Shown: piece after piece, positions 26,380 through 38,900 of the stretch | How the letters are laid out: every line of letters starts with the position of its first letter | Position numbering within the stretch: the stretch's first letter is position 1 | Assembly (NCBI RefSeq): GCF_018350175.1 | Contig: NC_058368.1 | Span: 66,776,001 to 66,840,000 of the forward strand | From: Felis catus | Taxonomy: Eukaryota | Direction of reading: 5' to 3' | Length of the DNA: 64,000 bases | Translations under genes and position numbers: made by a program | Notes under the pieces: generated by a model | Database searches by the model: none | What the model was told of the DNA's origin: nothing | The model's input: only the letters and a program-made list of their open reading frames with translations

Positions 26380-26949
26380 AAACCATGCCCTTTTCCTCAT
26401 CTCCTTCCTTTCAGTGCATGAGAGGCAGCAGCAAGAGACAGTGTCTATTTTAGGACACATCTTTTGGGGTGAAGTTCAGGCATCTCTTTATACCAGCCAC
26501 CCATCTTGGGCCCATTGTCCCAGGGCCATGAGTCTATGATGGCAGCTCTTTGCTCAAATAACTGAAACCGTGTTCAGTTATTAGCGGGTGATAATGTTCT
26601 ACTATAGTTCCCCACCCGTTAGTTATGCCCACTGTAATGGCAGTGACTTACTTCAAGGTGGCACTGAGTAGCCACTCAGAGCTAGTTGCGTTCTCTACTG
26701 AGTTCACTGATTGGTCATTATTCTTGTGCACTACTAAATTGGAAACTCTTAAAGAAGACATTCACTGTTTTTTTAACAGTTATGCTTTAGTCATCTACAT
26801 AAACTCCTAACACAGTTCATGGTCTATCGGTAAATACTCTTAAAGAACAGCTTCCTAAAAGGTTATGATGAATCTGACATATCAAATCCCCTCTCCAATC
26901 CAGACAACAGTATTCCCAGGGAGATATTAGGACACACATTTCCAGCTAG

Positions 26950-27060
26950 GACAGCCAAGACTCAGAGGGTTTAAGTAACTTGCCCAAGTTACTGGGACTA
27001 GAACTAGTTACTAAGAGCTAGGACTAAAATCCAGATCCATCCAACACCAAAGCCCCTCCT
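26950..27060 (-). mobile_element. MIR core
   Basis: agactcagagggtttaagtaacttgcccaag. Confidence 0.7.
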
Positions 27061-27819
27061 CTTCCCACTGCATGGCACAGTCATTCCCATAGCATTGATG
27101 TCTCCCCACTGAGTGTTTTTACGACATGGTACGTTCGAGATACTTAGGGAGCAAAACAACATCACAATGTAGTCATCCTCAGAGAGCTTGTGTCTTGGCC
27201 ATCCTTGACATGCTCTGTGATTGGACACTTAAGATATAGGCCAATGCTTACCACAATATAAGAACTTAATAAACATTAAGTTGCTGCATGAAATCCTTAT
27301 TAACTACTGGAGAAAGCAGTTGTGTCAGGATCCTGAGCATTATCAGAACTAGCTGTCTAGAATTATACTTTGATAAGAAAGCTGCAGGCCATGGTTCAGA
27401 TAAATCTCTAACTCAGGATGGCTGTGGGAAGAAACCACTTCTTCACTACTATTGTCAATGCCACAGGGTTTCTTTATCATGGCTGCTGAATGGAGTCATG
27501 ATGGTGATTAAGCAATACAGTGGGAACATGGTCCCAAATCAGTGATCCTATGTGTCCAGAGGTTTAATTCCATACCACATATTAAGATTTGGCCAGCATT
27601 TCCTGTATAGGGGAGCCAAACACCTGCTCTTTGCTTGTTGCTTCTGTAAATGGGCATCCTTCATTGGGGAAGAAAACAAGTTTTAAAAATAGATGAACAT
27701 CCAACTTTAGCTTCAAGTCTTTTAACTGCGGAACAATTAAACAAGGACAAACTTGTACTCAGATGCTGGCTCGATTCTTGTGACCTCTTTTAGAGAGGCA
27801 GAATTTTTGAACAAGTTTC

Positions 27820-27945
27820 TGATTTTAGGATAGTTCCAGATTTACCAAAAAAATTGCCGAGAGAGTACAAAGAATTCCCACTCACTCCTCATCCAGTTTC
27901 CTCTGTTAACATCTTACATTCCTATGGTTCATTTGTCACAACTAT
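27820..27945 (-). mobile_element. L1MC-type 3' end fragment
   Basis: agatttaccaaaaaaattg...gtacaaagaattccca...gttaacatcttacat...catttgtcacaact. Confidence 0.65.
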
Positions 27946-28164
27946 GGAAACACTTTCCACCTGAGAACAAAAATCTGCCCAAATGATGGGTTTAACACAG
28001 GGGCGGTGGTTGGTAGAGCCTCTTGCAGGGAGTTTAAATGTAAAGCAGAAAGAAAAGAGTTCAAAATAGAAGAGTGACTGCCTGGGAAGTGGACAAAGCT
28101 AGAAGTGAAGCCACAAAGCCAATAAGCCAAGAGTAAGTAGAATTCAAATTGACTGAAGAGCTAC

Positions 28165-29300
28165 ACAGAAAAATGGAATCTTGAGAGCTAACTACCTCAC
28201 GCCATACACATCATGTCCATTCAAGTTGATTTTAGATATAAATGAAAAGAATTAAAACAATAAAAGTACTAGAAGAGAGCTTCGAAGAGTATCTTGGTTT
28301 TGGAAAGGTATCGGTTTCTTAAATGAAACATAAATAAATATTAATAGTTTGGACCTCATTCAAATTAAGAATTATGGTTCATCTGAAGACACCCATTCTA
28401 AGAGTGAAGAGAAAATATTTCCAATTCATATATTTGACAAAAGACTTATAGTCAGAATATATAAAGAGCTCTTTCAAATCTATATATATATATATAAAAG
28501 CCCAACTCAAATTTCTACAAAATGGATAAAAGACTTCAATAAGCTCTGCACAAAATAAAAAGAGCCCCAGGGATAAAATAAACATCTAAGCTGATCAACC
28601 TCATTATCCATCAGGGAAATAAAAATTAAAACCACACTGTGATACTATATACATATCCCACCGGAATGACAACTGGTTTCAACATGGAGAATTTGGAATG
28701 TGGAGCTTGGATGTGGAACAGCCAGAACTCCCATGCACTTCTGGAGAAAATGTCAACTGGTTTAGCACTTGGGGAAATTGTTAGACGGTGTCTACTAAAG
28801 CTGGTTGTATGCATAATTCATGATCCAGCAATTCCACTCCTAGGAATGTACCCAGTGGAAATGTGTACATGCATGTGCAGAAAGAATGCTTTGTAAGGTT
28901 CGTGCAACACTATTCCAAAAGTTGAAAATACAGTTGGAAATACATCAGCATTCATCAACAGTAAAATGCATAAATGAATTGTGATTTATTAACATAATAA
29001 ACTGGTGAAAATTAACCACAGCCACACGATACAATATGAATGAATCTCACAAACTTAGGGCTAAGTGAAATAAGCCATATTGTATGACTCCACTTACGTG
29101 AAGTTCAAAAATGTACAAAACCAATGCATTATGGTGGTAGGGGTCAGAACAGCGGGTACTTTTGGCAAGTAACAACTGAGAGGGCATAAGGTTCCAGTAA
29201 CATTCTCTTTTTTGATCTAATAGTTACATGGGTGTTTTCACTTTGTAGAAATCCATCAAACTGGACACTCACAATCGGTATGCTTTTCTGCGTGTATTTG
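28165..29300 (+). mobile_element. Old L1 (L1ME-type) ORF2 C-terminus and 3' UTR
   Basis: Translations EKIFPIHIFDKRLIVRIYKEL and DPAIPLLGMYP match decayed L1 ORF2p C-terminal motifs; frameshifts and stops are present. Confidence 0.88.
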
Positions 29301-31615
29301 TAGGAGCTGAATGCAGGGTCAGACTATGATGGTAATTTTAAACTTTTCTGATGTTGTTTAAAGAAATGATTGAGCATTTTTATATGATGTTCTCACATAA
29401 GGAATATTTCAGTCAGCATTGATAACTCAGCAAGGATAAAATGGGAGAAGGGGCTCATATGGGCACGACATCTGTAATTCCAGGGAGAAGACAATTGTAA
29501 TTATTTATTAAATGTGTTCTTTATCCCTGGATAATGACCTCCAGCATCTCTTAGATGGACTACAATAAGTCTTTTAAATACTTCACTGGAGGTTTTCGCC
29601 TGGCTTGCTTAGACTGTGATGGGTATTTTAAAATTCACCTTACAGGGAAAAGTTGATTCATGCAATTTTCTATTTCCCCATAATTTCAAGGTTCTGCAAT
29701 TTATCTGAGAACGCAGAGAATTCGCAGAAATACAAGAAAACGCTGCCCCAAATTGCAGTGTGCAATTTACTTGCCCATAGAAGTCTCTCTTTGTAAGACC
29801 ATTTGCTTTTGCATTTTGGACAGAGAGAATACAGACAGCTGTTTCTTCTCAGAAATTTATAAAACAAGCCTAAAGACAAGTTGGCAGTTTCCTAAGTAAC
29901 TTACTTGTAGAATGCACTCCTAATGGAAAAGCTCACAAACCCACTTTTTAGAGTCATTTCCCCTGGGCCTAGCTAGCCAATACATTAAGCTCTATGGAAA
30001 AGGGTACAGGGCATTCAAGGCCATAACAGCCTACTTGACAGTGAGAAGTGGGCTCTGCTGTGCTTGTCGTCGCAGAGGAAGGGTGGCTGCTTCCCTAAAC
30101 ACATGCTCCATGGCTCTGCCGATGAATGTGTCATCTGGCCTCATTCCATGTGAAGCCCCCAAAACACCTTGACCCTGGGTGTTAAGTAGAACAAGCTGGA
30201 GCAGGGACAAGTTCCAGAAAACAGGGGGTGATTCCTCTGCCCCACTTTCCTGGAGGAAATGGCTACTGATGCCAGGAGCTCCTCTCTTCCAACCACCTTG
30301 CCTTATAGAAGGACCATGATGACAAAGGCTTGAACTCTGCATAGGTATATGGAGGGAGACCCAGAAGGTTCTCTCCCCAGTTCCGCAAACAGAGGCAAAT
30401 CCCATCAAAGCCTGCGAGAATAGGATTACCTTACAAGCTGATTTTAAACATAAAAACTTGTCAGCCGTATCTTCTAAAGAAACACACGCACACGCATGCG
30501 TGTTATCTACCTTCATCGGAGTGATTCGTCTGCTCCATACATGCAGTAAAGAGTTTGCAGCTATCTTTGGGGTGTGATTTGAAGACTGAGGATATCTAGT
30601 CCCGGTCCCAGAAATAACCCCCATTAGAGTAACGTCTTCTAATGAGAGTTTTGGCTCTGGACAGCCTTCTCCAGGGGTAAGTGTGCTAGCCAGAGGGAGG
30701 ATTCCTTCTGATGCACTTCCTCATCAGCATTCTGCTATCACCACCTTCCCCATTAACACAATGGATTGTCTCAGCTTAGCTAGCTGCCACTGGGCCTGAG
30801 GAAGAACAGGCCACTCCAACTGAAGTTAGGGCAGACCCCTTAGGGGCACTGGGCACCTGGAACACCAGTAGAAAACCTTTGTAGGACAGATGTCTCCTTA
30901 ATGATTTCCTTTGAGTCAATTCCAGATATCCATTGTAAGTCCATTACGTAAATAAGGAACAATCATGAAATATACCCTTAAATTTTTCATATGAAAAAGG
31001 AGAAGCCATCATCTCTGTGTTTAATGCAGTAAATTATCTAGAAATCTTTGGAATCCGCTCAAGCACAGTAGGGCTATGTCCCTGGCTAGATTGATGGATT
31101 GTAGGGTGCCTCTGCTCTTCTGTTTTATGTTCCCAACCCCATCCAAATAGAGATACACATCTTGTTTTAAAGGACACTGTGTACAAAGCCTGTATGCACT
31201 TATCACACGAACATGCAGATATGGCCCGCTCCCTGTGCCCCATTTCCAACCACAGCCAATCATACTGCGCTCCCGCCAATCCAGTTCCTGCTCTTGGTGG
31301 AGGAAATAGACTGCACGAAGAAGACCATGGGACTTTGAGCCTGACCCTATAGATACACATAGGTACCTCATTTGCCCTGGACATAGCCATTAGCAGACAG
31401 GACCTACTGAATGAAACTCAGCACTCTTACTGAATGCAGCAAAGGACATCCAGCTCTCCCGTCCACCCACATTTAATTACTTTTATTCTTAATCTCAGGC
31501 TGCCTTTATCCAGCAGTCAGCAACCTTCATTACAGAGGAATGCTATAGTAGCTGAAAAACAATATAATTCTAAAAACAATCGAGTTCAATAATAAACATT
31601 TAAAAACCAGTTATA

Positions 31616-31819
31616 GGGTGCCTGGGTGGCTCAGTCGTTAAGCGTCTGACTTTGGATCATGTCATGGTCTCGTGGTTCGTGAGTTCAAGTTCCACACTGA
31701 GTGAGCTTGAGCCCTGCTTCTCTCCTCCTCTCGCTCTCTTCCTCTCACTCTTCCCCTCGCTCACTTGCAACCTGTCTCTCTCTCAAAAAAAAAAAAATAA
31801 AAAAGAATATAAATAAAAA
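31616..31819 (+). mobile_element. CAN-SINE variant (duplicated B-box segment, short body)
   Basis: SINEC head, CT tract, A tail; TSD TAAAAACCAGTTA. Confidence 0.92.
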
Positions 31820-31885
31820 TAAAAACCAGTTACAACGGTCTTTTGTCATATAGTGTTGCTTGACAGCACATCACCATCAATTTCT

Positions 31886-32107
31886 TTTTTTTTAACGTTT
31901 ATTTCGTTTCTGAGAGAGAGAGAGACAGCCAGAGACAGAGTGCAAGCTGGGAAGGGGCAGAGAGAGAGGGAGACACAGAATCCAAAGCAGACTCCAAACT
32001 CTGAGCTGTCAGTGTGGAGTCCAACATAGGGCTTGAACTCACGGGCCACGAGATCATGACCTGAGCTGAAGTCAGACGCTTAACCGACTGACCCACCCCA
32101 GGCGTCC
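31886..32107 (-). mobile_element. CAN-SINE
   Basis: Antisense body; TSD CACCA(T/A)CAATTTCT at 31872-31885 and 32108-32121. Confidence 0.95.
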
Positions 32108-32759
32108 CACCAACAATTTCTAAAAAGAACTAAGGACAGACTAGATTAAACCAATGGATTTAAATATTTTCCACTTCAAGTTTAGTTTTGTTTTTATTTT
32201 GCCAATGGGTCAGCCAATTCCAAAATATGGTAGTTTGCCCATACCATAGGCAGGCTAAAAAAAAAAAAAAAAAAAAGTAATCTATATTCTTTTGTTGAAA
32301 AATTCTTTATTGAAAAGCTATTATAGGGTGTGGGCTTGGTGCAGGCAGGGACAATGCCGGCCTTGGCCACAGCTGTGGGGTCAACATGCCATAAAGTGTC
32401 CAGCATTTAGGGGGATGTTACAAATCCCTTCTGAATAACTGACCCCATGTTAGGTGATGAAGGGGTAGGTGTTCTCATGAGGTTCAGTGTCTAGAGGCAG
32501 AGAAATACCCTGTGAACCAAGTTGCCAAGCTTTCCTCGGGGAAAAAAGCAAATCACAAGGATCGGGAGACACGGATGCCAGACCTGCTTCTGACACAAAC
32601 CAGTATTGTGCCTTCTGACCCAGTTAGTTCAATGGGTCCAATTTTCCCTTCTGGAAAATAAGAGTGGTAGCTTAGATAAACCCAAAGAACCCCTCTGGAC
32701 TTTGCCTGCATGAAATAAGTTGGACCCGAATACATTTTGTGACTTTTCTGCTTTCGGTA

Positions 32760-33260
32760 GCATTTGGACAGACTTGCAGGATTTGGGCCTGGGGATCAAA
32801 TGCTGGCCTGGGAGCAAGGGCACGTGTGTCCCTTGGCCAGGCAGTTCAGGGACCAGGGGAAGCGGGGGAGGCTGCTGCTGTGTCTTGAGGAAGCCGCCGG
32901 CAGGAGGGACTTAGGTAAGTACTCTGCAGAAATGTGGGTGAGGGGAGGTGTTTTCAGTCCTTCCGTGGCTCTGCGTGGCTGGGCAGCAGCTGGCCGGCCC
33001 GTCCTGGCAGTTAACACAGCACGGCAAGTACCAGGCTGTCCACCCCCAGCTGCAGCTGCATCTGGGAGGACCGTTCGCAGCATCTTTCGGCCTTTGGAGC
33101 CAGCCCAGCGCTGTTCCAATTGGGAGATGCGTTTCCCCATCTGTGCAGCCTCCTCGGCGAGTTCCCTTTGCCGCTGCCCCTAGAGAGGAGACCCCGGAAA
33201 GGCACAAAATGCCAGTGTCGAGAAGGATGGCAGGCCAGGCTGTCCCGGAGGGCAGGCTAT
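32760..33260. promoter_or_regulatory. Candidate regulatory element or non-coding first exon (GC-rich, E-box cluster, splice donor)
   Basis: Retained CpGs; E-boxes at 32821, 32987, 33047-33064 (three abutting) and 33138; AG|GTAAGT at 32913-32920. Function is inferred. Confidence 0.35.
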
Positions 33261-34232
33261 GACAGGATGGGGCCCAAGCCTTCTCTCCCGTTAGTATCAA
33301 ATCACTCCAACCTAACTGAAAATCAACTAGAGCTTGCCATTCTTGTACCTCTGCCTGGCAAATACCTTCATGAAGCTGTATGCAAGGCATGTTCCAAAAT
33401 AGACGCACAGTGCTTATTAGGAAGTCGGCCCTCAGTTTTTAAGTGGAATGCTGTATGTGCCGTATCATCTGATGCCTATCACCCAAATTCCAAAATTGAA
33501 TTTTATCCCAGCTTGCCAAACGAGCCCATTAGCAACAGCATCAGGAAGTCCTGAAATGTCCTGGTGACTAAAGAGGGTACATTAAACAAACAGAACAAAT
33601 CAAACGATGCCTGGGTGTGATTCCTGGCATGGCTTCTGACATCTCCATTTCCCCGTTGGTAACATTATGACCAAAGTATCTCCAAAACCCAAGCAGAAAT
33701 CTGCCACAGATGTAGCTAATATCGTCATGGTGTCCTCCCAACAGTGGTCAAAACCACAAAGAGACACCGGACTTTCATTGGAACAACCATTAGGTCTAGC
33801 AATGTCATCATTCAAAGCCATCACTTTGACTCCACTGCAGGATGAAAATGTGACAGTGGCAGAGATATTTAAAAAAGCCACAGAATTAGAGCTAAAGATA
33901 CATGCATATCCCTCATGTACGCACCGGTACCAGGGAGGATTAAACCTGTAGCAGAGCAGACGAGGAACTGGAGGGGTGGCCAAGGAAAAGCCATGTGGAA
34001 AATTGCAAGTTCAAACTAAGCCTCACAGGCCCAGATTCGATGTGGACAAAAGGTCTGGGAGAAATGAGTGTCATTTTAGTTGCTCTGTGTCACCTACATT
34101 TCATGACGTTATACAGATGTCCACATTACACAGCTTCTGTTGTTTTTAAGAAAAGACACCCACGATGCTAGTTTGAACAGCCATCATCACAAATAATGTG
34201 CAGGAAAGCCAGAAAACGTGGGCTCGAATTTC

Positions 34233-34474
34233 TTTTTTTTTTTATTTCTTTTTTTTTTTAATTTTTTTTTTAACGTTTATTTATTTTTGAGACAGAGAGA
34301 GACAGAGCATGAACAGGGGAGGGGCAGAGAGAGAGGGAGACACAGAATCTGAAACAGGCTCCAGGCTCCGAGCTGTCAGCACAGAGCCCGACGCAGGGCT
34401 CGAACTCACGGACCGTGAGATCATGACCTGAGCCGAAGTCGGACGCTTAACCGACCGAGCCACCCAGGCGCCCC
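34233..34474 (-). mobile_element. Young CAN-SINE
   Basis: Near-consensus body with CpGs retained, long T tail, TSD GAATTTCT. Confidence 0.97.
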
Positions 34475-37400
34475 TAGAATTTCTGTACCAGTTAAGTAAT
34501 TGTGTTCTGCGGTTCATCCACACTGCTGACTTCTGCCAGAGGGCTCCAGAGTGTGTGTGTAAAGGCCTTTGCAGAAATAGCACCTTGGACCCTGCCTTTA
34601 TTTTTCTTTACACTTCCTAAGCCTTTGACACTAAAACACTTGCCTGGATCTTCCTATTCTTTTTATTCCTGTCATCTGCTGTTTTACAAAGTTTTGTTTT
34701 GTGTGTAGCAGACTTAACACATATCCAGATAGGTTCAGATAGGGATGGAGGGAAGAACAGAGAAAGAAGGAAAGGAGGAGACAAAGAGAGAGAGCGAGGG
34801 AGAGAGACAGAGAGAAAAAGTCCTGTTCCTCTATTTTTGTTTTGTTTTGTTTCTGGAAAATCAGTTTTCTTTTGTATAATAAGTCGGCCTACTTTTATTC
34901 AGGGATGAATGGGCACTAGAACTAAAAAATTAAATGTCTCGCATAATTGGAAACTGTTTCAAAAAATAATTTATACTTGTTCTAGTGTCACCGGCCATCA
35001 GAGAGGAAGGAGGGTCATCTGCAAAAGTCACAGGTCTGAAACATCTAAAGGGGTTGAGCAGGTGTACGTTCTGTGTACCTCTCGGGGCTTGCGAGAAACC
35101 TTGTGAATGGTTATGTTCAGGGTATGCCGTTGTCCCGTCAAGTTCAGGGACAGGCAGACAGGAGTTGTGTTTTGAAAAGTGAAAGCAGTCCCTAGAATAT
35201 TGTTTGGATGATTATATCGGAGTACCCCTGGAGGGCAAAGACAGTAGGGTCTAATTCTAATTTTATCATACATGTAAGATGGTGCCCAACTTCGTGTATT
35301 TTCATAATAATTCCTCTTTTTAACCCGGTAATTATTTTTAAAGGTTTAGTTACGAGAAGCCATCTTCCAATAGCAACATCTAAGTCACTTCAACGGATCA
35401 CCACCTCTGATCTGTTTTCTTAGTTGGATAGTATGAAAAATCAGAAACTAAATACTATTATGTGGATGTTTCCCAAATCCGTGACTTTTATGACATTTGA
35501 ATACCGGACTTTATAGGTTGGAAACAATACATATGCTACTTATTTTATACATGGCACTGCAAAATTAGCCAGTCAGCACGCTTTGTAAAAAATGCATAAC
35601 ATGAAACAGGAAGGCCTCTGGGACATGGGGCAGAAGTAGAAACAGACCCTGTCCTTTATATTCAATGTGAAAATATTTTATTTATGCCAACAAAGCATTA
35701 CTCATAAGATAGTTTTGGAGCTGTCACATTTGAGATAAATTTCACGTCTTGTCCCAACCTTGCGTTTTCCCTCAAGGTGGGGTAATTTAAGAATAAACAT
35801 CCAGGAAACATTTCAAGTATTCGGAGTGGCCCTGAAATGAGGCATTAAGAACCACATCCCCCGGATTCTCCTTGATAATGCGTGATTTTCTTCACCAGCT
35901 TTTACAAATTCTTATTCTGCAGATTTCACATTAAGAAAGGTTACGGGCTCTAAGAGTGTCACACACAAAAAGAACCTGGTCATTCAAAGAAAACTATCGA
36001 GAAGGCTCCTGGTGAGACAAGAACAGGGCAAGAGAGGGGAGTCTAGCTGTCCAAGTGCATCAGTTGGTTCTCTGGACAGCTGCAAACCTCCATCCCAGGC
36101 TACCTGGGCACAACATCTCTGTGTTTCCGGGCAGGCTGGCTGCCCCAAGCCCCACCCCTCCAAGCTCAGGTCAGGTCCACTGTGCGTGGACACGGGCTCA
36201 CCAGGCAGCGTCGCCTTCCCTGTCTCTCCCCAAAAGCCGCAGGTGCACAGAGAACCGCCCTAGCCTCCCCGGTCTGCCACCAGACTGTTTCTGCCGCAAG
36301 ACTAGGTTTACAAGGCACCCTGGGACCAGCACACCAACGACTGCTGGAGAAGACAGCTGGCCGCCCTGCGCACCTGGGGCCGCTGCAGTTTGGGGGTGTA
36401 GGTGCTCTGCAGCAGGGGGCCATGGCAATAGCTGCTCAAATGTGACTTGATGTCTCTCCCACATGTTCTGCGGGTCAGACCCCAAATGTAAGCGGACAGA
36501 GGTGGTCCCTCAGAGGTTTGTTTGAGGTCAGGGCTGTTTGCTTACTTGCTGTTGTTGCCATTTCTAAAAGCCACCAGGCAGGGTTCATTTTGTTCGTGGA
36601 GTGTTAATAGGTTCTTCCAGTGGGTTTTAATTTTGAGTGATTTCTCAGACTTTACAGTAGTATTATTTTTATAGCAAATAAAGCGAAGAACAGATTTTAC
36701 AATGCCTTTTAGCGACCTAACTTCTGAATTATTAATTCATTTCTAATTCATTAACAAATCGTTGCTATGAGAAGGAGATGGGAAATCGAGAAGGCGTTCC
36801 TTGTTATTGATTTGCTGACTCTCGATGGCTAATATAAACTCTGCCTGTTACGTACACCCATGCACATACACGCCGTTTGGGAAAGGTCAGATTCAGTTGC
36901 ACGGTATTGTACTTCCTGCCTTCCAAATGTTCCCTGATTCCTAGAAAGAAAACAATGTACGAACCTGCTTCTGAAGCTTTGGGTCCAGCTGTCTGACGTT
37001 ATTGCCCACACAGCCTGCAGATTGTAAATTCCAAAGAAAATTAGCAATCCCGTTAAAAATTGTGATGGTTTTGTTACCCTGAAGGTTCCTGACTTCGAGA
37101 AATAAAGTCTTTTGGAGCAGGGAGAAAATACAGGAAAACCGTTCTCTCCTCGAATCTGCACCGACTTTGGGTGTAATTGATGCACCATTTACATTTCCCC
37201 CCAAAATGCTCTACAAAGAATTTATCTAAATGTGGCCCTTTCATTTAATGCCATCTGCATGTTTTTAAATTGCTCAGAAATACTCCCCAAGATAATTAAC
37301 CTCTGCTGTCCTGGCATTTTTCAATTATCTAGCTGAAGCCCAAGAACGTATTTATAGAGTGCATGGTTATTAAAGGGTTAAGGCCGAAAATGTCTGAAGA

Positions 37401-37899
37401 AAATCAGCTTAAATATGTTGTACAACAAAACATGTTATTGCGGGTATGGGAGTTAGGCTATGATAATGAATTTCAGACTCAAGTATTTCCTTTGATTGTC
37501 ACAAAAATATGTGAGGAGCCTAGGGTCTGCATTCAGTGTTCAGCACGGAGTTGGTTGCATTTCATTACCAGAGGCTAATTGTATGAAAACTGTATTCACA
37601 TCCAGAAATCCTGATACGGTAAAGGGAGGTGGAGGAGAGACTCCTGGGGACCCAGACACCCTACGTGGATGATTATTTAAAAGAGGAAGGATTAGTAGTA
37701 GCCATTGGTGTTTAAATACTTTTTGAAGGGTGGCTCAGAGATTAACACTGGTCCCCAAATCACACCCTTCTGCAGTTAAAGCCCTGACCGTGGACCGCTT
37801 GCTTCCAAGGACCTCGATAGCCCTTTCCAAAAGGATATGGAGATCTCCGTGGAGGTCCATGAGCGTTCTCCACTAGATCATTAAGTGTGTCAATAATGT

Positions 37900-38900
37900 T
37901 CAACAATCAAGCCGGAAGGAAATATGCTATTAATCTGCTTCTTTCTGAGTGTTTATTTATTGTAATCATTCATCACCATAAGCCTGAGAGGTTACTTATA
38001 ATTTTTTTTTTTTAAATTGGCCGAGATGCTATGCCTTGGTTAAATACCACACGGTACACGAACGCGACAAACCTAAGAGAAAGATGGGCATGTTGCCTGA
38101 TAAAGAATTACAGTAGAAGTGAAAGGCTGACCTACAGTCAGGGAATGTTAATCATTTTTACACCAAAGTGAGTGTAACGTTTCTATAGGGAAATTACTTC
38201 AATCTGGTCAGTGCAAGGAGCAGTTTGTATAATCGGATTGCAAATAAGGTTTGATCACATTCCAGCTTAATCTACTCTCTGAGCACCATTTACGGCACTA
38301 AATCAAACCCAGGGAAGCTGCCGGCGAGGTTTTACAGTCATTACACCCGAGGGGCAGGGACTCGGTAATAAACAGCAAATAAATTGAAGCACTGACTTGC
38401 CTGCTACAGGGCATTTCTAATTATCCTCTAGTTTAGCTGGAAATTGTCATGCTCTCATCACAGCCTATTTTAACTGCTGCTGAATAAGAGTGATACTTTT
38501 AGGCTGAATTAATTGAGAATATGAGGAAATGCAGATTGTGCCTCCGTTCCCCCCCTTCCCTCCCCCCTCACCCCACCTCCGGTCTCTGCCAACTTATTGT
38601 GGGCATTTAAGGAGACCCGAGCAAACTGTTTATTCTGCCTTCATCTGTCTCCCTCCTCTTTGAAGGAATCAAAAACGTAATGTAACAACAGCACGCCTCG
38701 TTTATTTCAATTCCGGCCCCGAGGAGCCACCAGAATGGACGGCACTAATAAAGAAAACTCGCCAGCCCTCCCAGTGGGCTGGCAAAGTAACAATGGCTCG
38801 TTCCAACGACGGCTGACGGGTCGCAAACAGAGTTACCGATCTGTGGCATCACGTGACAGAGTAAGTAAGTCACCTCAGAAAAAGTCACTCAGCCAGTGGG
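37900..38900. promoter_or_regulatory. Candidate conserved enhancer block
   Basis: No recognisable repeats; many TAAT, TTTAC and TGATTTA homeodomain-type motifs; ATCACGTGAC at 38848-38857. Conservation was not tested. Confidence 0.3.

Noticed and set aside
26975..26996. Hairpin AGTAACTT-GCCC-AAGTTACT
   Set aside because: It is part of the MIR core, which is nearly self-complementary here.
28349..28896. ORFs with L1 ORF2p motifs as an active LINE
   Set aside because: Short, frameshifted, 5'-truncated fossil.
30031..30624. Longest ORF (197 aa, minus strand)
   Set aside because: No recognisable domain, it runs through a CA-like tract, and one ORF of this length is plausible by chance in 64 kb.
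32720..33983. Cluster of overlapping 60-165 aa ORFs
   Set aside because: They occur on both strands in locally GC-rich DNA with no recognisable protein; the same applies to 35984-36485.
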